IMG/VR virus record: IMGVR_UViG_3300025156_000001
Span: 4,757-68,756 of that record
Length of the DNA stretch: 64,000 nt
DNA from: a virus
Direction: 5' to 3' (one strand)
In this document: one piece after another, positions 1 to 10,194 of the stretch
Position numbering within the stretch: position 1 is the stretch's first letter
How the letters are laid out: each line of letters starts with the position of its first letter
Made by a program: the position numbers and the translations under genes
The notes under the pieces: model-generated
Told to the model about the DNA's origin: nothing
What the model saw: the letters and a program-made list of their open reading frames with translations, nothing else
Databases searched by the model: none

Positions 1-48
1 TGTATTTATCCTTAACTGTATCATACTCAAAAGTGTGCATATTATCAC

Positions 49-924
49 CTATATATCTCTTTCTATATTGAAGTCGAGTATATCGAATGTCCCATTCCTT
101 ATCTTTTTCCCGATGGAGAAAGCCTTCTTTAGCCTACTGCCGACCTTTTTACTCCCAATATTTATATCCCTTATAGTATTACTACAACCATACTTTGGGA
201 TGTTATTTCCTTCAATCGCATACTCGAAAAACGTATGTTGGCCTGGCGCATTACCCTTTGTGATTGCATCTAATCTTACGATGTGTGCTGGGATAAGACT
301 CTCGTCCACACCCCCATCATCATCTACATCATCACCGATAATATCGACAAGTCTAAAGTAATGGTGGCTTCTATCAGATAGTCTCCTTACAAATGATAAA
401 GAGATGGCAGTAAGCGGGTGAATACCCTTATTTACAAGATGGGCAACCATCCTAACCAAATTCGGCTCGCCTATTATGGACCTTATATTACATAGGTATA
501 TATAGAATTGGGCCGGATACATTTCATCTACGTTGCGTATAACCACAACGCCTTCATTCACAGCCATGTCTATATCTACGTCCCTCGGTATATGTCCGCA
601 TGATTGTAACGACCTCAAGTATGTATCTACCTCATCAGCCTTAAGGTCTACCTTACTCTCCTCCAAATCAAATACGAATACCAAAGCCGTATGTTTATTG
701 TCTACCGGTTTGCCCTTTTCGATTAATATATCATCGATTACATGAGTATACGCATGAATAAAATCCCAAAAACAAGACACGGTTGTTATATTTTTCTTCA
801 GTTGTTTGACATCCAATTCCTCGTCGTCCGCAATACGTATTACCTTATACGAGGAACTATCCACCTTTGAGAATACACTTCTCAATTTATGCACATCTAG
901 CAGAGCCTTTCTTTCCCATGACAT
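49..924 (-). CDS. hypothetical protein, distal part of the ligase cluster
   Basis: 291 aa ORF, tightly coupled to the upstream gene with a GGGTGA SD; no motif recognised. Confidence 0.7.
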   Translation of the reverse strand: MSWERKALLDVHKLRSVFSKVDSSSYKVIRIADDEELDVKQLKKNITTVSCFWDFIHAYTHVIDDILIEKGKPVDNKHTALVFVFDLEESKVDLKADEVDTYLRSLQSCGHIPRDVDIDMAVNEGVVVIRNVDEMYPAQFYIYLCNIRSIIGEPNLVRMVAHLVNKGIHPLTAISLSFVRRLSDRSHHYFRLVDIIGDDVDDDGGVDESLIPAHIVRLDAITKGNAPGQHTFFEYAIEGNNIPKYGCSNTIRDINIGSKKVGSRLKKAFSIGKKIRNGTFDILDFNIERDI

Positions 925-926
925 GG

Positions 927-1811
927 TTAATCACCCTTTTCGTCGCCATATCCATTTACGATACCATCTTCTACGAGTTTGCTTGAAAGCCTACCATGTT
1001 TATCGGTCATTACATTCTTGACCTTTATTATTTTTATATCATCTATCCATCTGGAGCAGTAGTCAGTCAGTCTAGTATCCCATTCCCCTTCTACTCCAAC
1101 TGAACATTGGAATAGTTTTGCTGGGGGTTGGTATAATGGGTTCAGGAATGATATATTTATCCTTTCGTCCTCTACACCTGCCATCAATTCCTTTACCATA
1201 TATTTCGCCATATCAAATCTAACCTTTTCGCCCCGCACATCTATACCGTCATCACCTACTAGTATACCTATATGATATACATCTGCATTTATATATAGTT
1301 TTTGTAATGCCCTATAATTGCCTATGTGCGCCTCTTTGAAGTTACCAAGTATAAGACCGTGGACAAGTTGGTCATCACCACTATCAATATAACCATCTAT
1401 ATTAAATGGTAATATTCTGGCCCTACTTATTACTTCCCCTATAATGGGAACCAATTCCAGGTCATATACTGGAACAAATTCGTTGTCCGTATCAAATTCT
1501 ACAAGTGCAAAACTCCTATCAACATCCATTACGTTACCGTATCTAAACATATAGGCACCATCTTTGCCCATTGCATACTGTTTAACGTAGTCATCAGCCG
1601 ATAAGAAATCCTCAAGTAGTTTGATATTTATACCAGTAACAAAAACCGTCCTGCCTTCACTATCCAGATTACTATCGGATATTATATTGTACCCATAACG
1701 CCCAGTGGATTGCACGGTCCCACTATATACACTCCCCCCATATTCAAATGCTACTTTATCACCAACTTTAAATGTCTGACCCAATTTAATCACCATCATT
1801 CTCAATTCCAT
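927..1811 (-). CDS. hypothetical protein with a possible N-terminal SH3/KOW-like barrel
   Basis: 294 aa ORF; FKVGDKV...GTV pattern near the N-terminus; true start may be a few codons downstream. Confidence 0.65.
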   Translation of the reverse strand: MELRMMVIKLGQTFKVGDKVAFEYGGSVYSGTVQSTGRYGYNIISDSNLDSEGRTVFVTGINIKLLEDFLSADDYVKQYAMGKDGAYMFRYGNVMDVDRSFALVEFDTDNEFVPVYDLELVPIIGEVISRARILPFNIDGYIDSGDDQLVHGLILGNFKEAHIGNYRALQKLYINADVYHIGILVGDDGIDVRGEKVRFDMAKYMVKELMAGVEDERINISFLNPLYQPPAKLFQCSVGVEGEWDTRLTDYCSRWIDDIKIIKVKNVMTDKHGRLSSKLVEDGIVNGYGDEKGD

Positions 1812-2583
1812 TAGGCCAAAGGGTAGATACCATATGGGATACCACTATCGGCAATGAATATTCACCGAGCGTAGGTGCTGTATTACACTCGATGACATAT
1901 ACCTCGCCGTCTTTAGTTTCCAGTATATCTACTGCCCCGAAGTCCAGCCCAAGTGCCTTAACACTATCTATTGCTAAATGTATCGCCCCTAAAGTTGATA
2001 GGGTTATATCCTTTATCTGTTCCTGTCTGTACCCAAATTCCATATTCCATCTGTAATTATCCGGCTCCTCAACCATAGGCTTCTTTTCATATACAATAAG
2101 GGCCTTATATGGGGTTGCAAACACCCTATACTCTCTTGCCTTATCTATATATGCCATATAATATCCGTCATCTTCGGTATTATGCGTAGCCTCCCCGAGG
2201 TTCTCTATATACTCAAAATCCCTACCATGAGAGTGGTTTTTACCCCTCCACACTATAGGCGCATTTCTACCCAGGAAGTGTAGTAATGCCCTGGGGTTCT
2301 TATGGAATTGTGGTACATGCCAGACTATATCGCCACTATCCCTCAACACCTCCAAAGTCCTATACTTATCGGTGCTTCTGGCGATAGCCGACCTACTGTT
2401 GAATACCACGCCATTTACTTTTATACCCTTCCTAGATGTACCCCATCTTATAATATTGGTATCTCTATTATTAGGTGGGTCCTCACTGAATGTGGTTGGC
2501 ACACCCAGGATTTCAAACTCATCCCTTATTGCCCTAGCGGTTGCACCACATTTCCTACTATACATGATATGTGTATCGAACAT
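1786..2583 (-). CDS. ATP-grasp peptide/amide ligase (RimK/YheCD-like, phage type)
   Basis: IIRWG, N..AI...DK, REYRVF, LGLDFGAVDI and VIECNTAP motifs; start moved to ATG 2583 after a GGAGTGG SD. Confidence 0.9.
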   Translation of the reverse strand: MFDTHIMYSRKCGATARAIRDEFEILGVPTTFSEDPPNNRDTNIIRWGTSRKGIKVNGVVFNSRSAIARSTDKYRTLEVLRDSGDIVWHVPQFHKNPRALLHFLGRNAPIVWRGKNHSHGRDFEYIENLGEATHNTEDDGYYMAYIDKAREYRVFATPYKALIVYEKKPMVEEPDNYRWNMEFGYRQEQIKDITLSTLGAIHLAIDSVKALGLDFGAVDILETKDGEVYVIECNTAPTLGEYSLPIVVSHMVSTLWPNGIENDGD

Positions 2584-2594
2584 TTTTACCACTC

Positions 2595-2912
2595 CTATGC
2601 AGTAACATACATACACTGCGTGGTATTTGGCCTTCTTTTGATACGTATATGGACATTAATGTCCCCATACATTTCGGTGAACCATCCCATTTTTCTTATG
2701 GGTTGTTCATGATATGTCATAGTGAAATTATCTTCATTAAACTCCACTACAACGAAAGGTACACCGTTTTCCTTCTCCATATATACCTTTGTGGCTAGTA
2801 TATCTACATCGGCTAGAGAGGCGGACGACATATACTTCCTTTTGGTGTTCTTTTCTATCCTCTTTTGCAACGTATCCATTATTTCCTTCATAGATTTTTG
2901 ATTGTTCTGCAT
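2595..2912 (-). CDS. hypothetical protein
   Basis: 105 aa ORF filling the gap between amidotransferase and ATP-grasp genes; GGGTGG SD. Confidence 0.65.
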   Translation of the reverse strand: MQNNQKSMKEIMDTLQKRIEKNTKRKYMSSASLADVDILATKVYMEKENGVPFVVVEFNEDNFTMTYHEQPIRKMGWFTEMYGDINVHIRIKRRPNTTQCMYVTA

Positions 2913-2914
2913 AT

Positions 2915-3778
2915 TTAACCACCCCTTCTATTACATGTAGCCAAAATTATCAAGTTTGTCAGTTGACCTTTCAAACTCTTCTTTACTAGGCTTGTGGAGG
3001 TCCTCGATAATTTTCCTGACCGCTTTTGGTAGGTCCTCCAACTTTCCCGAGGGTTTGATTTATATGTATACGTAGAAGTATATTTTACGGTCCTTTTAGC
3101 CTTTTCGTATTTATCAATATTCGCAAGTATTTCCCAATCAGATAGTAGTTCACTACCTGGGACGGCCTTGACAACATACTTATCTATTATGTCATCGGTA
3201 AACTCCGATGCTATAATAGTCATATCGCCTATTTGCGCCACATCTAAATCTCTTGTTGTAGATGTTTTATATACCTCTAATATACCATCTTTCCTCAATG
3301 ACAGAAACACACCAGTAAAATTGGTATTTATTGGTGCGCCCATATTCAATACACCAAACCCATATAGAGATACCAGGTATGATGTTGCTTCACTATCTGA
3401 TATTTCACCGCCTCTACGTATAACATATGGTATAAGTAGGGGTTTAAATATGGAAAGGTCTGATGTTGTTGTCCCATTATGACATAGTATCTGCTCTCCA
3501 TTATTAAACGGTTGGCAGTTTTCATCTGTCTTTGGTGCCACCGTTTTTATACGGGTATGGAATAAGAAGGCACCATTATCCCATTTGGTTTTGACAGCCT
3601 TTTCTACCAATTCCTCTACCGTTTTCTCAACGCCTTTGATGACCAACGGTTCACCTTTTACCCAACCACCTATACCATTTCCGTGCCCACCTTTAGCGTC
3701 CTCAAGATGCTTAAACAAGTCCACAAGAAACTCCTTATCCTTCTTCTTTACGCCTTTGACGAAAGCCAATCTACACAA
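2915..3778 (-). CDS. class II (Ntn) glutamine amidotransferase
   Basis: TTG start at 3778 after GGTGG gives M-C-R-L with the catalytic Cys at position 2; FHTR, NCQPF, HNG and SDSE motifs. Confidence 0.9.
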   Translation of the reverse strand: MCRLAFVKGVKKKDKEFLVDLFKHLEDAKGGHGNGIGGWVKGEPLVIKGVEKTVEELVEKAVKTKWDNGAFLFHTRIKTVAPKTDENCQPFNNGEQILCHNGTTTSDLSIFKPLLIPYVIRRGGEISDSEATSYLVSLYGFGVLNMGAPINTNFTGVFLSLRKDGILEVYKTSTTRDLDVAQIGDMTIIASEFTDDIIDKYVVKAVPGSELLSDWEILANIDKYEKAKRTVKYTSTYTYKSNPRESWRTYQKRSGKLSRTSTSLVKKSLKGQLTNLIILATCNRRGG

Positions 3779-3780
3779 TT

Positions 3781-4995
3781 TTACCACCACATTACAGGCA
3801 AGTATTTATCCGAATGTGAGGACATAATATCACTTATATCATTCACAATCGTGTTGATTGCCCCCTTTTCCTTTCTGATATGGATTGGTATACCAACAAC
3901 AACACCTATGGACGGGGACAATTTTTCGTATCTCCCCCAACGTCCATGCTTCACTGTATACCCTTTCCGTTTTAGGTAGGTAATGACATCCTTACAGATA
4001 GGCCCGCTATCTTCATCGGACCACACCCATAAGTCCCTACCATGTTTGCGACCAGACCCATATATATATATGTCGCCTATACCCTTCTTCTTGATACTGG
4101 TAACATCTATATCCAGGCCACTTTCTTTACCCATATATATGTTAACCGTATTGGACTTCGGCTTGATACCCCATGAAACGAATATGTTTCTTGTAGTATC
4201 CATAGCCGTTCTCCTTCTTGTAACGTTTGATGCGAAGTGTAGGTATCTTCCAACCTCACTATATCCATCCAACGTTGTAAACCAATTGAAGATTTCATTT
4301 ATGATATTATATACATCCGTATATACGGCTTTGTTATTCCCCGACCACCGTCTATTACCACGGTCGTTCCTTTCATTCCTAAATAGCGTATTACGTTCAT
4401 ATATATCTATCAATCTCCCTATTCTTTTATCGCCTTTAACTTTATCCCAATTACGAATCATAATCCACGCAATAGATAAGTATGCACCAGTCCATATTGG
4501 GCTTGACAACCAACTATATGGTGTTCTTGTTTCAAACCCGTGATGCTTCACCCTAAAGTCGAATGGCCCCCCATACTTCCCGACTTTAAGCCTATCTATA
4601 AAGTCTTCCCCACCTGTCATCCAGTTGAAGGAAAACAATACGGCACCAAGACTTCTTGCCTTTTCATCTATCTCGCTATCGGCGGATATATGTATATGCC
4701 CACCTATTGGATGTCCAGTTGGTGCACCACCACCACGTAGCCTTATAGAACTGCCCAGGAAATCCTGGATTTTACATATTGTATCCATAAGTTCCTGAAT
4801 ACACCCTCTCATATTTTCCATGTGTTCTTCAACACTTTCGGATGGGTCGGGCCTAAACTCTATAGGTACCTGCGCACTATCACTGCCGACAGATATACCA
4901 GTAAAGTAGTCTTGTCCAGTTACACGACTACCATCAACAAATAGTACAGCTTCGGGGTCAGACCCTATAAGAAAATCCTGTGTCATTGTTATCAC
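3781..4995 (-). CDS. phiEco32-like COOH-NH2 ligase (type 2) with C-terminal extension
   Basis: IGSDPE, IEFRPDPS, GGHIH and YGG..DFR.K.HGFETRT..SWL motifs. Confidence 0.85.
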   Translation of the reverse strand: MITMTQDFLIGSDPEAVLFVDGSRVTGQDYFTGISVGSDSAQVPIEFRPDPSESVEEHMENMRGCIQELMDTICKIQDFLGSSIRLRGGGAPTGHPIGGHIHISADSEIDEKARSLGAVLFSFNWMTGGEDFIDRLKVGKYGGPFDFRVKHHGFETRTPYSWLSSPIWTGAYLSIAWIMIRNWDKVKGDKRIGRLIDIYERNTLFRNERNDRGNRRWSGNNKAVYTDVYNIINEIFNWFTTLDGYSEVGRYLHFASNVTRRRTAMDTTRNIFVSWGIKPKSNTVNIYMGKESGLDIDVTSIKKKGIGDIYIYGSGRKHGRDLWVWSDEDSGPICKDVITYLKRKGYTVKHGRWGRYEKLSPSIGVVVGIPIHIRKEKGAINTIVNDISDIMSSHSDKYLPVMWW

Positions 4996-5177
4996 TCCTC
5001 AACACATTCCCAAAATGCCTTTGTAATTACATCCATACGTTTGGATGTAACTACATTTATCATTTCGGATAGGTGGTTCTTTACAATATGGTCTGTCATT
5101 CTAACAGTAACCAAATATGGGTTAACACCCGCCTCTTTATGGCTACAAAATGGGCATATATCATTCATTGAAAACAC
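4992..5177 (-). CDS. small C2H2-like zinc finger protein
   Basis: CPFC...HIVKNH pattern. Confidence 0.6.
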   Translation of the reverse strand: MFSMNDICPFCSHKEAGVNPYLVTVRMTDHIVKNHLSEMINVVTSKRMDVITKAFWECVEE

Positions 5178-5355
5178 CTCTTATCAGCACATTAGCCTTT
5201 GTCTTTCTGCCGTGCTTTTCCACAGTAGCATATATATGGGCTTTAGCCAATATTTCAACGATGTCCTCTGCTATTTCGACATCCAGTTTACTGTATTTTA
5301 CCTTCATATACCTTTCTCCTTCGCGTTTTTTAGCCATTCTATATAGTCGGTGCAT
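5161..5355 (-). CDS. hypothetical protein
   Basis: Short ORF in operon context; true start probably the MKVKYS methionine overlapping the upstream stop. Confidence 0.5.
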   Translation of the reverse strand: MHRLYRMAKKREGERYMKVKYSKLDVEIAEDIVEILAKAHIYATVEKHGRKTKANVLIRGVFNE

Positions 5356-5693
5356 CTAATCATACTATATCTCGACGTTTTATAGTCCTGATAGAAGTTA
5401 AATGGGGCAAGTTTGTTGTTATCCAAAGTGGATGTAGTGGAAACATACATACCCAATGACGAGTAGAATTTGTGTACATCTTCCGATATTTTACCGGTTA
5501 TACTATACAATTCTACTACATATTCATCCGTGCCATATCCACTATGGTATTTAAGTCTCGGTATACCATTAGCATCAATCATAAGTGTATATTGCCCAAC
5601 ATATTTTATCTTTCTAAATGGTGCCAAATCACCCAGATAATATCTATGTAATGGGCCGCCCTCTCTCAACAACCCATACTCTCCTAGTATCAT
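5304..5693 (-). CDS. divergent gamma-glutamylcyclotransferase (GGCT/AIG2)-like protein
   Basis: YGLLREGGPLH resembles the GGCT YG[TS]LRxG motif; VELY resembles the xEVY strand; catalytic Glu not evident. Confidence 0.55.
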   Translation of the reverse strand: MILGEYGLLREGGPLHRYYLGDLAPFRKIKYVGQYTLMIDANGIPRLKYHSGYGTDEYVVELYSITGKISEDVHKFYSSLGMYVSTTSTLDNNKLAPFNFYQDYKTSRYSMIRCTDYIEWLKNAKEKGI

Positions 5694-5697
5694 TGTA

Positions 5698-6186
5698 TTA
5701 TACCCCCATAGTATGTTCCATTATACCAGTCCTAACCTCATCGATTGGTAAATCAAACCCGTACTCGTATATTATACCATTTCTTATATCTTTCTTCATC
5801 TCACTTATTAGCCATTTGTCATCCAACGTATCGAAGAACGCTTTGTACATATTTTCGTTCGTCCATAGGAATACCTTTGGTAGTTTGGTGTTCTTGACAC
5901 TACCCCTATCATTATTATCAATGATAAGCCTTTTTGAACTGCCATCTGAATTTACACGATTGCCACCATACATAGGAACGTAAGTCAAAAATATAGTAGG
6001 AATTACAATACCATTTTTATAGTTATGCAGTATATTATTTCCTTTATATCCCACATATACTGGTGTGCTATCACCTATAAATCGTAGTCTAAATACTATA
6101 TCTTTATCCATGCCAGTTATCTTTATATGTGATGGTAATATTACTGCATCACTTTTATCATCAAGCAAATCTATCGTTGTCTTCAT
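5698..6186 (-). CDS. PxxExxTGIxEH-family paralog (copy 9, separated from the main array)
   Basis: LPSHI near N-terminus, LPKVFL, C-terminal LPIDEVRTGIMEHT. Confidence 0.8.
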   Translation of the reverse strand: MKTTIDLLDDKSDAVILPSHIKITGMDKDIVFRLRFIGDSTPVYVGYKGNNILHNYKNGIVIPTIFLTYVPMYGGNRVNSDGSSKRLIIDNNDRGSVKNTKLPKVFLWTNENMYKAFFDTLDDKWLISEMKKDIRNGIIYEYGFDLPIDEVRTGIMEHTMGV

Positions 6187-6190
6187 ATAG

Positions 6191-6469
6191 TTACCTCCTA
6201 CTTTCTATATAGTCGAGGAACCTAATCACTATATTTATAGGGGTATAATTCTGGAATTTTACTGTACCATTTCTCCTGTTCCAATAGCACCAGTACTTAA
6301 TAGACTTATCCTTCTTAATTGGAACGGTAATAGTCATCTCTGTATATTCTTCTTCAATATGTATTCCCCCATCTCCTCCCCCACTATCTACTATAACCAT
6401 ATCATCTATTGTATCCAATTGGCTAGTTATTGCCTTATCGCGTATCTCTTTATCTCTTTTAGTGGGCAT
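6191..6469 (-). CDS. hypothetical protein
   Basis: 92 aa ORF with AGGTGA SD. Confidence 0.7.
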   Translation of the reverse strand: MPTKRDKEIRDKAITSQLDTIDDMVIVDSGGGDGGIHIEEEYTEMTITVPIKKDKSIKYWCYWNRRNGTVKFQNYTPINIVIRFLDYIESRR

Positions 6470-6478
6470 GAAATCACC

Positions 6479-7366
6479 TTATAACCATATACTGTAAAGG
6501 TCATTATCATTATTTTCTGTACGAAGGGCATAACTTATTAGTTCCTTACTCTTATCACTAAAGATATTCCATTTGGATATTAATTCCCCAAGTAGGGATG
6601 TGGCATAGTGCGGGTCCTCTACCGCTTTCACTATAACACTTTCGCCAATACTCTTAACTATACCAGGCCCGTTTTGGGACATATGGTAGATGGCATCTTC
6701 CACCAACGAATAAACAAGTCTAGTGTAGAGAGGGCTTTTAAGCCAGTAGTTTGATAGAGTGCGGTATTCTACCCCATAAGATGTCTTACGGAAACAACCG
6801 GCCCTACCGTATAATTTCCTCCGTTCCGTTGCATCCTTCGAGTTATCTATAACGGATGATACGACACCCAAGAATAGGTCTAATACCTTTATAAATTGCA
6901 TTGAATCGTAATGGTCCAAAAGGAATAAGGTATCGGGGTCATCATCAAATCCTATATGTATATGGCCGCCACAACTCCTAAAGGTTGGGAAATCTTCTGG
7001 ACTAGGTGGTTCGTTGGTCATACCTGTATATGCGGACAGGTCTGGAGAGCACCCAAACAGTTTTGCCTCTGGACTAGACACTTCCTCTATTGGGAAGTTT
7101 GCGGATGCCAGTACAACTGGTCTTATGCTATTATCAAGTCTATCATGTAATAGGTGGACCGTATCTCTTACGGCTTTAACCCATTCATTTTCATTATGGG
7201 CTGGCGGTGTGCCAAACTCGGCGCATACATTATCCCATTGTATCATCCCACCATTAGGTAGTTCAACGGGTTTTTCTTTTGTCCCATTTATATATGGTAT
7301 CGCAGATACCAATCTACCCCTTTTTGCGACAAATACTTCTGGGTCGCATCCTATTGTAAATTTCAT
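6479..7366 (-). CDS. phiEco32-like COOH-NH2 ligase (type 2)
   Basis: TIGCDPEVF, QWDNVCAEF, FGCSPD, FRSCGGHIH and RRKLYGRAGCFRKTSYGVEYRTLSNYW motifs, a textbook pattern. Confidence 0.93.
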   Translation of the reverse strand: MKFTIGCDPEVFVAKRGRLVSAIPYINGTKEKPVELPNGGMIQWDNVCAEFGTPPAHNENEWVKAVRDTVHLLHDRLDNSIRPVVLASANFPIEEVSSPEAKLFGCSPDLSAYTGMTNEPPSPEDFPTFRSCGGHIHIGFDDDPDTLFLLDHYDSMQFIKVLDLFLGVVSSVIDNSKDATERRKLYGRAGCFRKTSYGVEYRTLSNYWLKSPLYTRLVYSLVEDAIYHMSQNGPGIVKSIGESVIVKAVEDPHYATSLLGELISKWNIFSDKSKELISYALRTENNDNDLYSIWL

Positions 7367-7370
7367 TTAA

Positions 7371-7814
7371 TCACCCATTGTAATATATATCTGTGATGTG
7401 TTCGATTATACCAGTTTCAAGCTCGTTCTCCGGCATACCCCCCAGCGTAGTTATATGTAGTGTTCCCTTTAGGTAGTCAATCGTAAAGCCATTTGATTTA
7501 TATGAGGATGCCACCCTCCTTACATCATACGTATGAAACATGTTCCAGAATGTACGTGGTACTCTCATGTTATTTTCTGCGAAGGCATTTTCTAAAGCCC
7601 TACACGGGTGGGCTTCATGGCCCATATATTTTACGGCGATACGTGGCGACCCTGGTAGGTCTCTACGTATATACTCCCCATTTACAAGCGGGTATAATAT
7701 CATCCGCCCATCTGTTTTCTCTTTAACTATTTTTAAACCTGGTATCTCCGTATAGATAACATCAGGCAGAATATTAATATCCATGTGGTTCACCCCTATA
7801 ATCACTCTTGTCAT
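7371..7814 (-). CDS. PxxExxTGIxEH-family paralog (copy 8)
   Basis: LPDVI, MGHE, VPRTFW, MPENELETGIIEHI; likely start ATG 7784 after GGGGTGA. Confidence 0.85.
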   Translation of the reverse strand: MTRVIIGVNHMDINILPDVIYTEIPGLKIVKEKTDGRMILYPLVNGEYIRRDLPGSPRIAVKYMGHEAHPCRALENAFAENNMRVPRTFWNMFHTYDVRRVASSYKSNGFTIDYLKGTLHITTLGGMPENELETGIIEHITDIYYNG

Positions 7815-8205
7815 ACGGTATATCTGTATGCTCGTGTATTCCAGAATTCATCTCATCTTTTGGGATTTTGTTATTAAACACCGCATACAATCTCTCCTCC
7901 AGAAACTTCCTGTTGAAACGCGGCGCCCTATATGACAATGCGCACATCTTTGCACATTCCGTATTGTTAATATAGTAGAATGCTCCTGGTACATACCCAT
8001 CCTTACCAAATAACGTTTCTATGGTTTTTGAACCTCTAGCCTGATGTCCACCATAGTGTATTGCTATTGGGATACCCCACTCCCTACGTATAATTATACT
8101 ATTTACACATGGTAAAAGTAGTGTTTTTCCATAAACCTCACGTTTTTCTATTGTAACGTTAGGTATCAACGTTGGGATAACACTCGGTAGCTTCGATAAA
8201 TCCAT
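7774..8205 (-). CDS. PxxExxTGIxEH-family paralog (copy 7)
   Basis: LPSVI, GGHQARGS, VPGAFY, IPKDEMNSGIHEHT. Confidence 0.85.
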   Translation of the reverse strand: MDLSKLPSVIPTLIPNVTIEKREVYGKTLLLPCVNSIIIRREWGIPIAIHYGGHQARGSKTIETLFGKDGYVPGAFYYINNTECAKMCALSYRAPRFNRKFLEERLYAVFNNKIPKDEMNSGIHEHTDIPYDKSDYRGEPHGY

Positions 8206-8223
8206 CTATACACCCCAATACCT

Positions 8224-8634
8224 TTAAGTTATATGCTCATATATACCGGTTTCGATTTCATTATTTGGTAGGTTACTATCAAGTATAATTAGCGCGCCGG
8301 CGGAAGATAAAAATGATATAGCTTCAGTATAATTCTTTGTATAACTCCTTAATGTGGTAGTATTTTTAGATATCCATCGAAATACGTGTGGTACCCGCAC
8401 CCCTGTTACAGCTATATGTTTTTGCCAGTTGTTAATATCACTCCCACCTGAATTGCTAACAAAAGTCAGGAAGAAATGGTTCTCCGGTACCCCGTGTCCC
8501 TCAAAATAGATACGTTTTCCATTCTTATCTCTTGCTACATATATATCGTAACCTGCCTGTTGTTCAAGAAAGAACGTAACTTCAGGTATTATACTTTTAA
8601 ACCTGATATGGGTAGGCAATTTTGTGTCTATCAT
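8224..8634 (-). CDS. PxxExxTGIxEH-family paralog (copy 6)
   Basis: LPTHI, VPHVFR, LPNNEIETGIYEHIT-stop; AGGTGA SD. Confidence 0.85.
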   Translation of the reverse strand: MIDTKLPTHIRFKSIIPEVTFFLEQQAGYDIYVARDKNGKRIYFEGHGVPENHFFLTFVSNSGGSDINNWQKHIAVTGVRVPHVFRWISKNTTTLRSYTKNYTEAISFLSSAGALIILDSNLPNNEIETGIYEHIT

Positions 8635-8639
8635 CTATA

Positions 8640-9044
8640 TCACCTATCTACGTGCTCCCATATACCAGTAGCGGATTCCTCTTCTGGTATAGTAATCTTA
8701 CCAAACAGTTTTATTATTCGTGATAACAAATCGTCATCGGAGTACGAACGGCTAGCTTCCTCCGCGCTATTGCCACCATATATACCCCAAAATATTTCCG
8801 GTAAATCTCCCCTATCGTGGAACCGATGGGATATAATGCTACCTCTCGCCCGATGTCCCTCTGTATGGATAGCAAGTGGCACATTATCATAGAGGCACCT
8901 TTCACCGTCCACATACACAATTAAAAGTTCGTGCCCATACATTGTTTCTTTATGTAGCTCCACGCCAGGCATCTTTGATGATGCTATTATATCTGGATAC
9001 CCATCTAAATACAATATACCACATCCATTATTTGTATTGAACAC
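8640..9044 (-). CDS. PxxExxTGIxEH-family paralog (copy 5)
   Basis: YPDII, PGVELHKETMYG, EGHRARGS, LPEIFW, IPEEESATGIWEHV; start uncertain. Confidence 0.85.
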   Translation of the reverse strand: MFNTNNGCGILYLDGYPDIIASSKMPGVELHKETMYGHELLIVYVDGERCLYDNVPLAIHTEGHRARGSIISHRFHDRGDLPEIFWGIYGGNSAEEASRSYSDDDLLSRIIKLFGKITIPEEESATGIWEHVDR

Positions 9045-9456
9045 GACAATTTATATGTTCGTATATACCTGTATTCTTTTCGTTTGTTGGCAATTCATAC
9101 GCATCGAAATATTTTTGTAGTGAATCAACTAGCCTATTTATCCACTTCTCCTCTAATGCCCCATCCAAATCTGCTTTTGACCTAACGTACCAAAACATTC
9201 GAGGCGGTAATATACCCTCTTTTTTATATTTTTTGTAAAAATCTATTGGGCCCATATGCCCATATGGACATATAATTATGCTATTACCGGCATGAATACA
9301 CGGTTTGTCCATATAGTAAACACGTAGGACCTTGGCCCCATACATTGTTTCTTTATGTAGTTCTAGCCCAGGTATATGTTTCGATACAAGTATATCCGGT
9401 ACTTTGTCTGCCCACATCATATTAAACACCATTGTATTCCGCGATATAATCGCCAC
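9028..9456 (-). CDS. PxxExxTGIxEH-family paralog (copy 4)
   Basis: VPDIL, PGLELHKETMYG, YGHM, PPRMFW, LPTNEKNTGIYEHI; true start probably MMWADK. Confidence 0.85.
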   Translation of the reverse strand: MAIISRNTMVFNMMWADKVPDILVSKHIPGLELHKETMYGAKVLRVYYMDKPCIHAGNSIIICPYGHMGPIDFYKKYKKEGILPPRMFWYVRSKADLDGALEEKWINRLVDSLQKYFDAYELPTNEKNTGIYEHINCRVQYK

Positions 9457-9787
9457 TTTTTATTATGGGATAGGTTTTATTTATCGCCCTCTCTCTTGCC
9501 CATACCCATATATCGGCTTTACCGACAGGTGTTTCTATCTCCTCTTTGTGGTATCCAGCACCCAACTCCATAATATCTATAGAGTTGTATGTGCTATCCG
9601 GCACATCATATACCTCTATCTTGACATCCCTCATATTGTTGTCGTTTACAAGTGCGGGATATGAATATGGTAGTACCATTATATAAGGTAATGGCACAAA
9701 CCCACTGAAAAGTGGCTTACCTATAGACTTCCTATAATTATATCCACCCTCTCGGAGGGTGCCGTACACCGCTATTCTCTTTACCAT
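9422..9787 (-). CDS. gamma-glutamylcyclotransferase (GGCT/AIG2-like)
   Basis: AVYGTLREG, YPAL, IEVYDV and D..E..Y motifs; AGGTGA SD. Confidence 0.92.
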   Translation of the reverse strand: MVKRIAVYGTLREGGYNYRKSIGKPLFSGFVPLPYIMVLPYSYPALVNDNNMRDVKIEVYDVPDSTYNSIDIMELGAGYHKEEIETPVGKADIWVWARERAINKTYPIIKSGDYIAEYNGV

Positions 9788-9798
9788 TTATATCACCT

Positions 9799-10194
9799 TT
9801 ACTCTATATGCTCATATATCATGGTTTCAATCTCTTTTTGGGGTAGTTCGAATGTACCCATATACATTTTAATTTTATCCATAGTGTAGGAAAAAAGACA
9901 CTCAAGTGCTTCATTTATATCTCCAACATAATAGAATATAGCAGGTATACTAATTGGTGCGCCACAGCCACTTGAATAAAACCTTTTAACAGCTTCAGTT
10001 GGCCCAGAATGTCCATCGAAATTTATACATAATGGATTTCCAGTTCTAACACTAGATTGTGGTGAACCGTCTAGGAATACTCTTAATAATGGCTGGTTCT
10101 GTATAAGTTGTTTCCTTGCAGATAACCTATGGCATGTGCCTTTTATAAATAAGATTTCAGGTATGTCTTTCACGGTACCACTCCATATGCTCAT
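9799..10194 (-). CDS. PxxExxTGIxEH-family paralog (copy 3)
   Basis: IPEIL, DGHS, IPAIFY, LPQKEIETMIYEHIE-stop. Confidence 0.85.
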   Translation of the reverse strand: MSIWSGTVKDIPEILFIKGTCHRLSARKQLIQNQPLLRVFLDGSPQSSVRTGNPLCINFDGHSGPTEAVKRFYSSGCGAPISIPAIFYYVGDINEALECLFSYTMDKIKMYMGTFELPQKEIETMIYEHIE

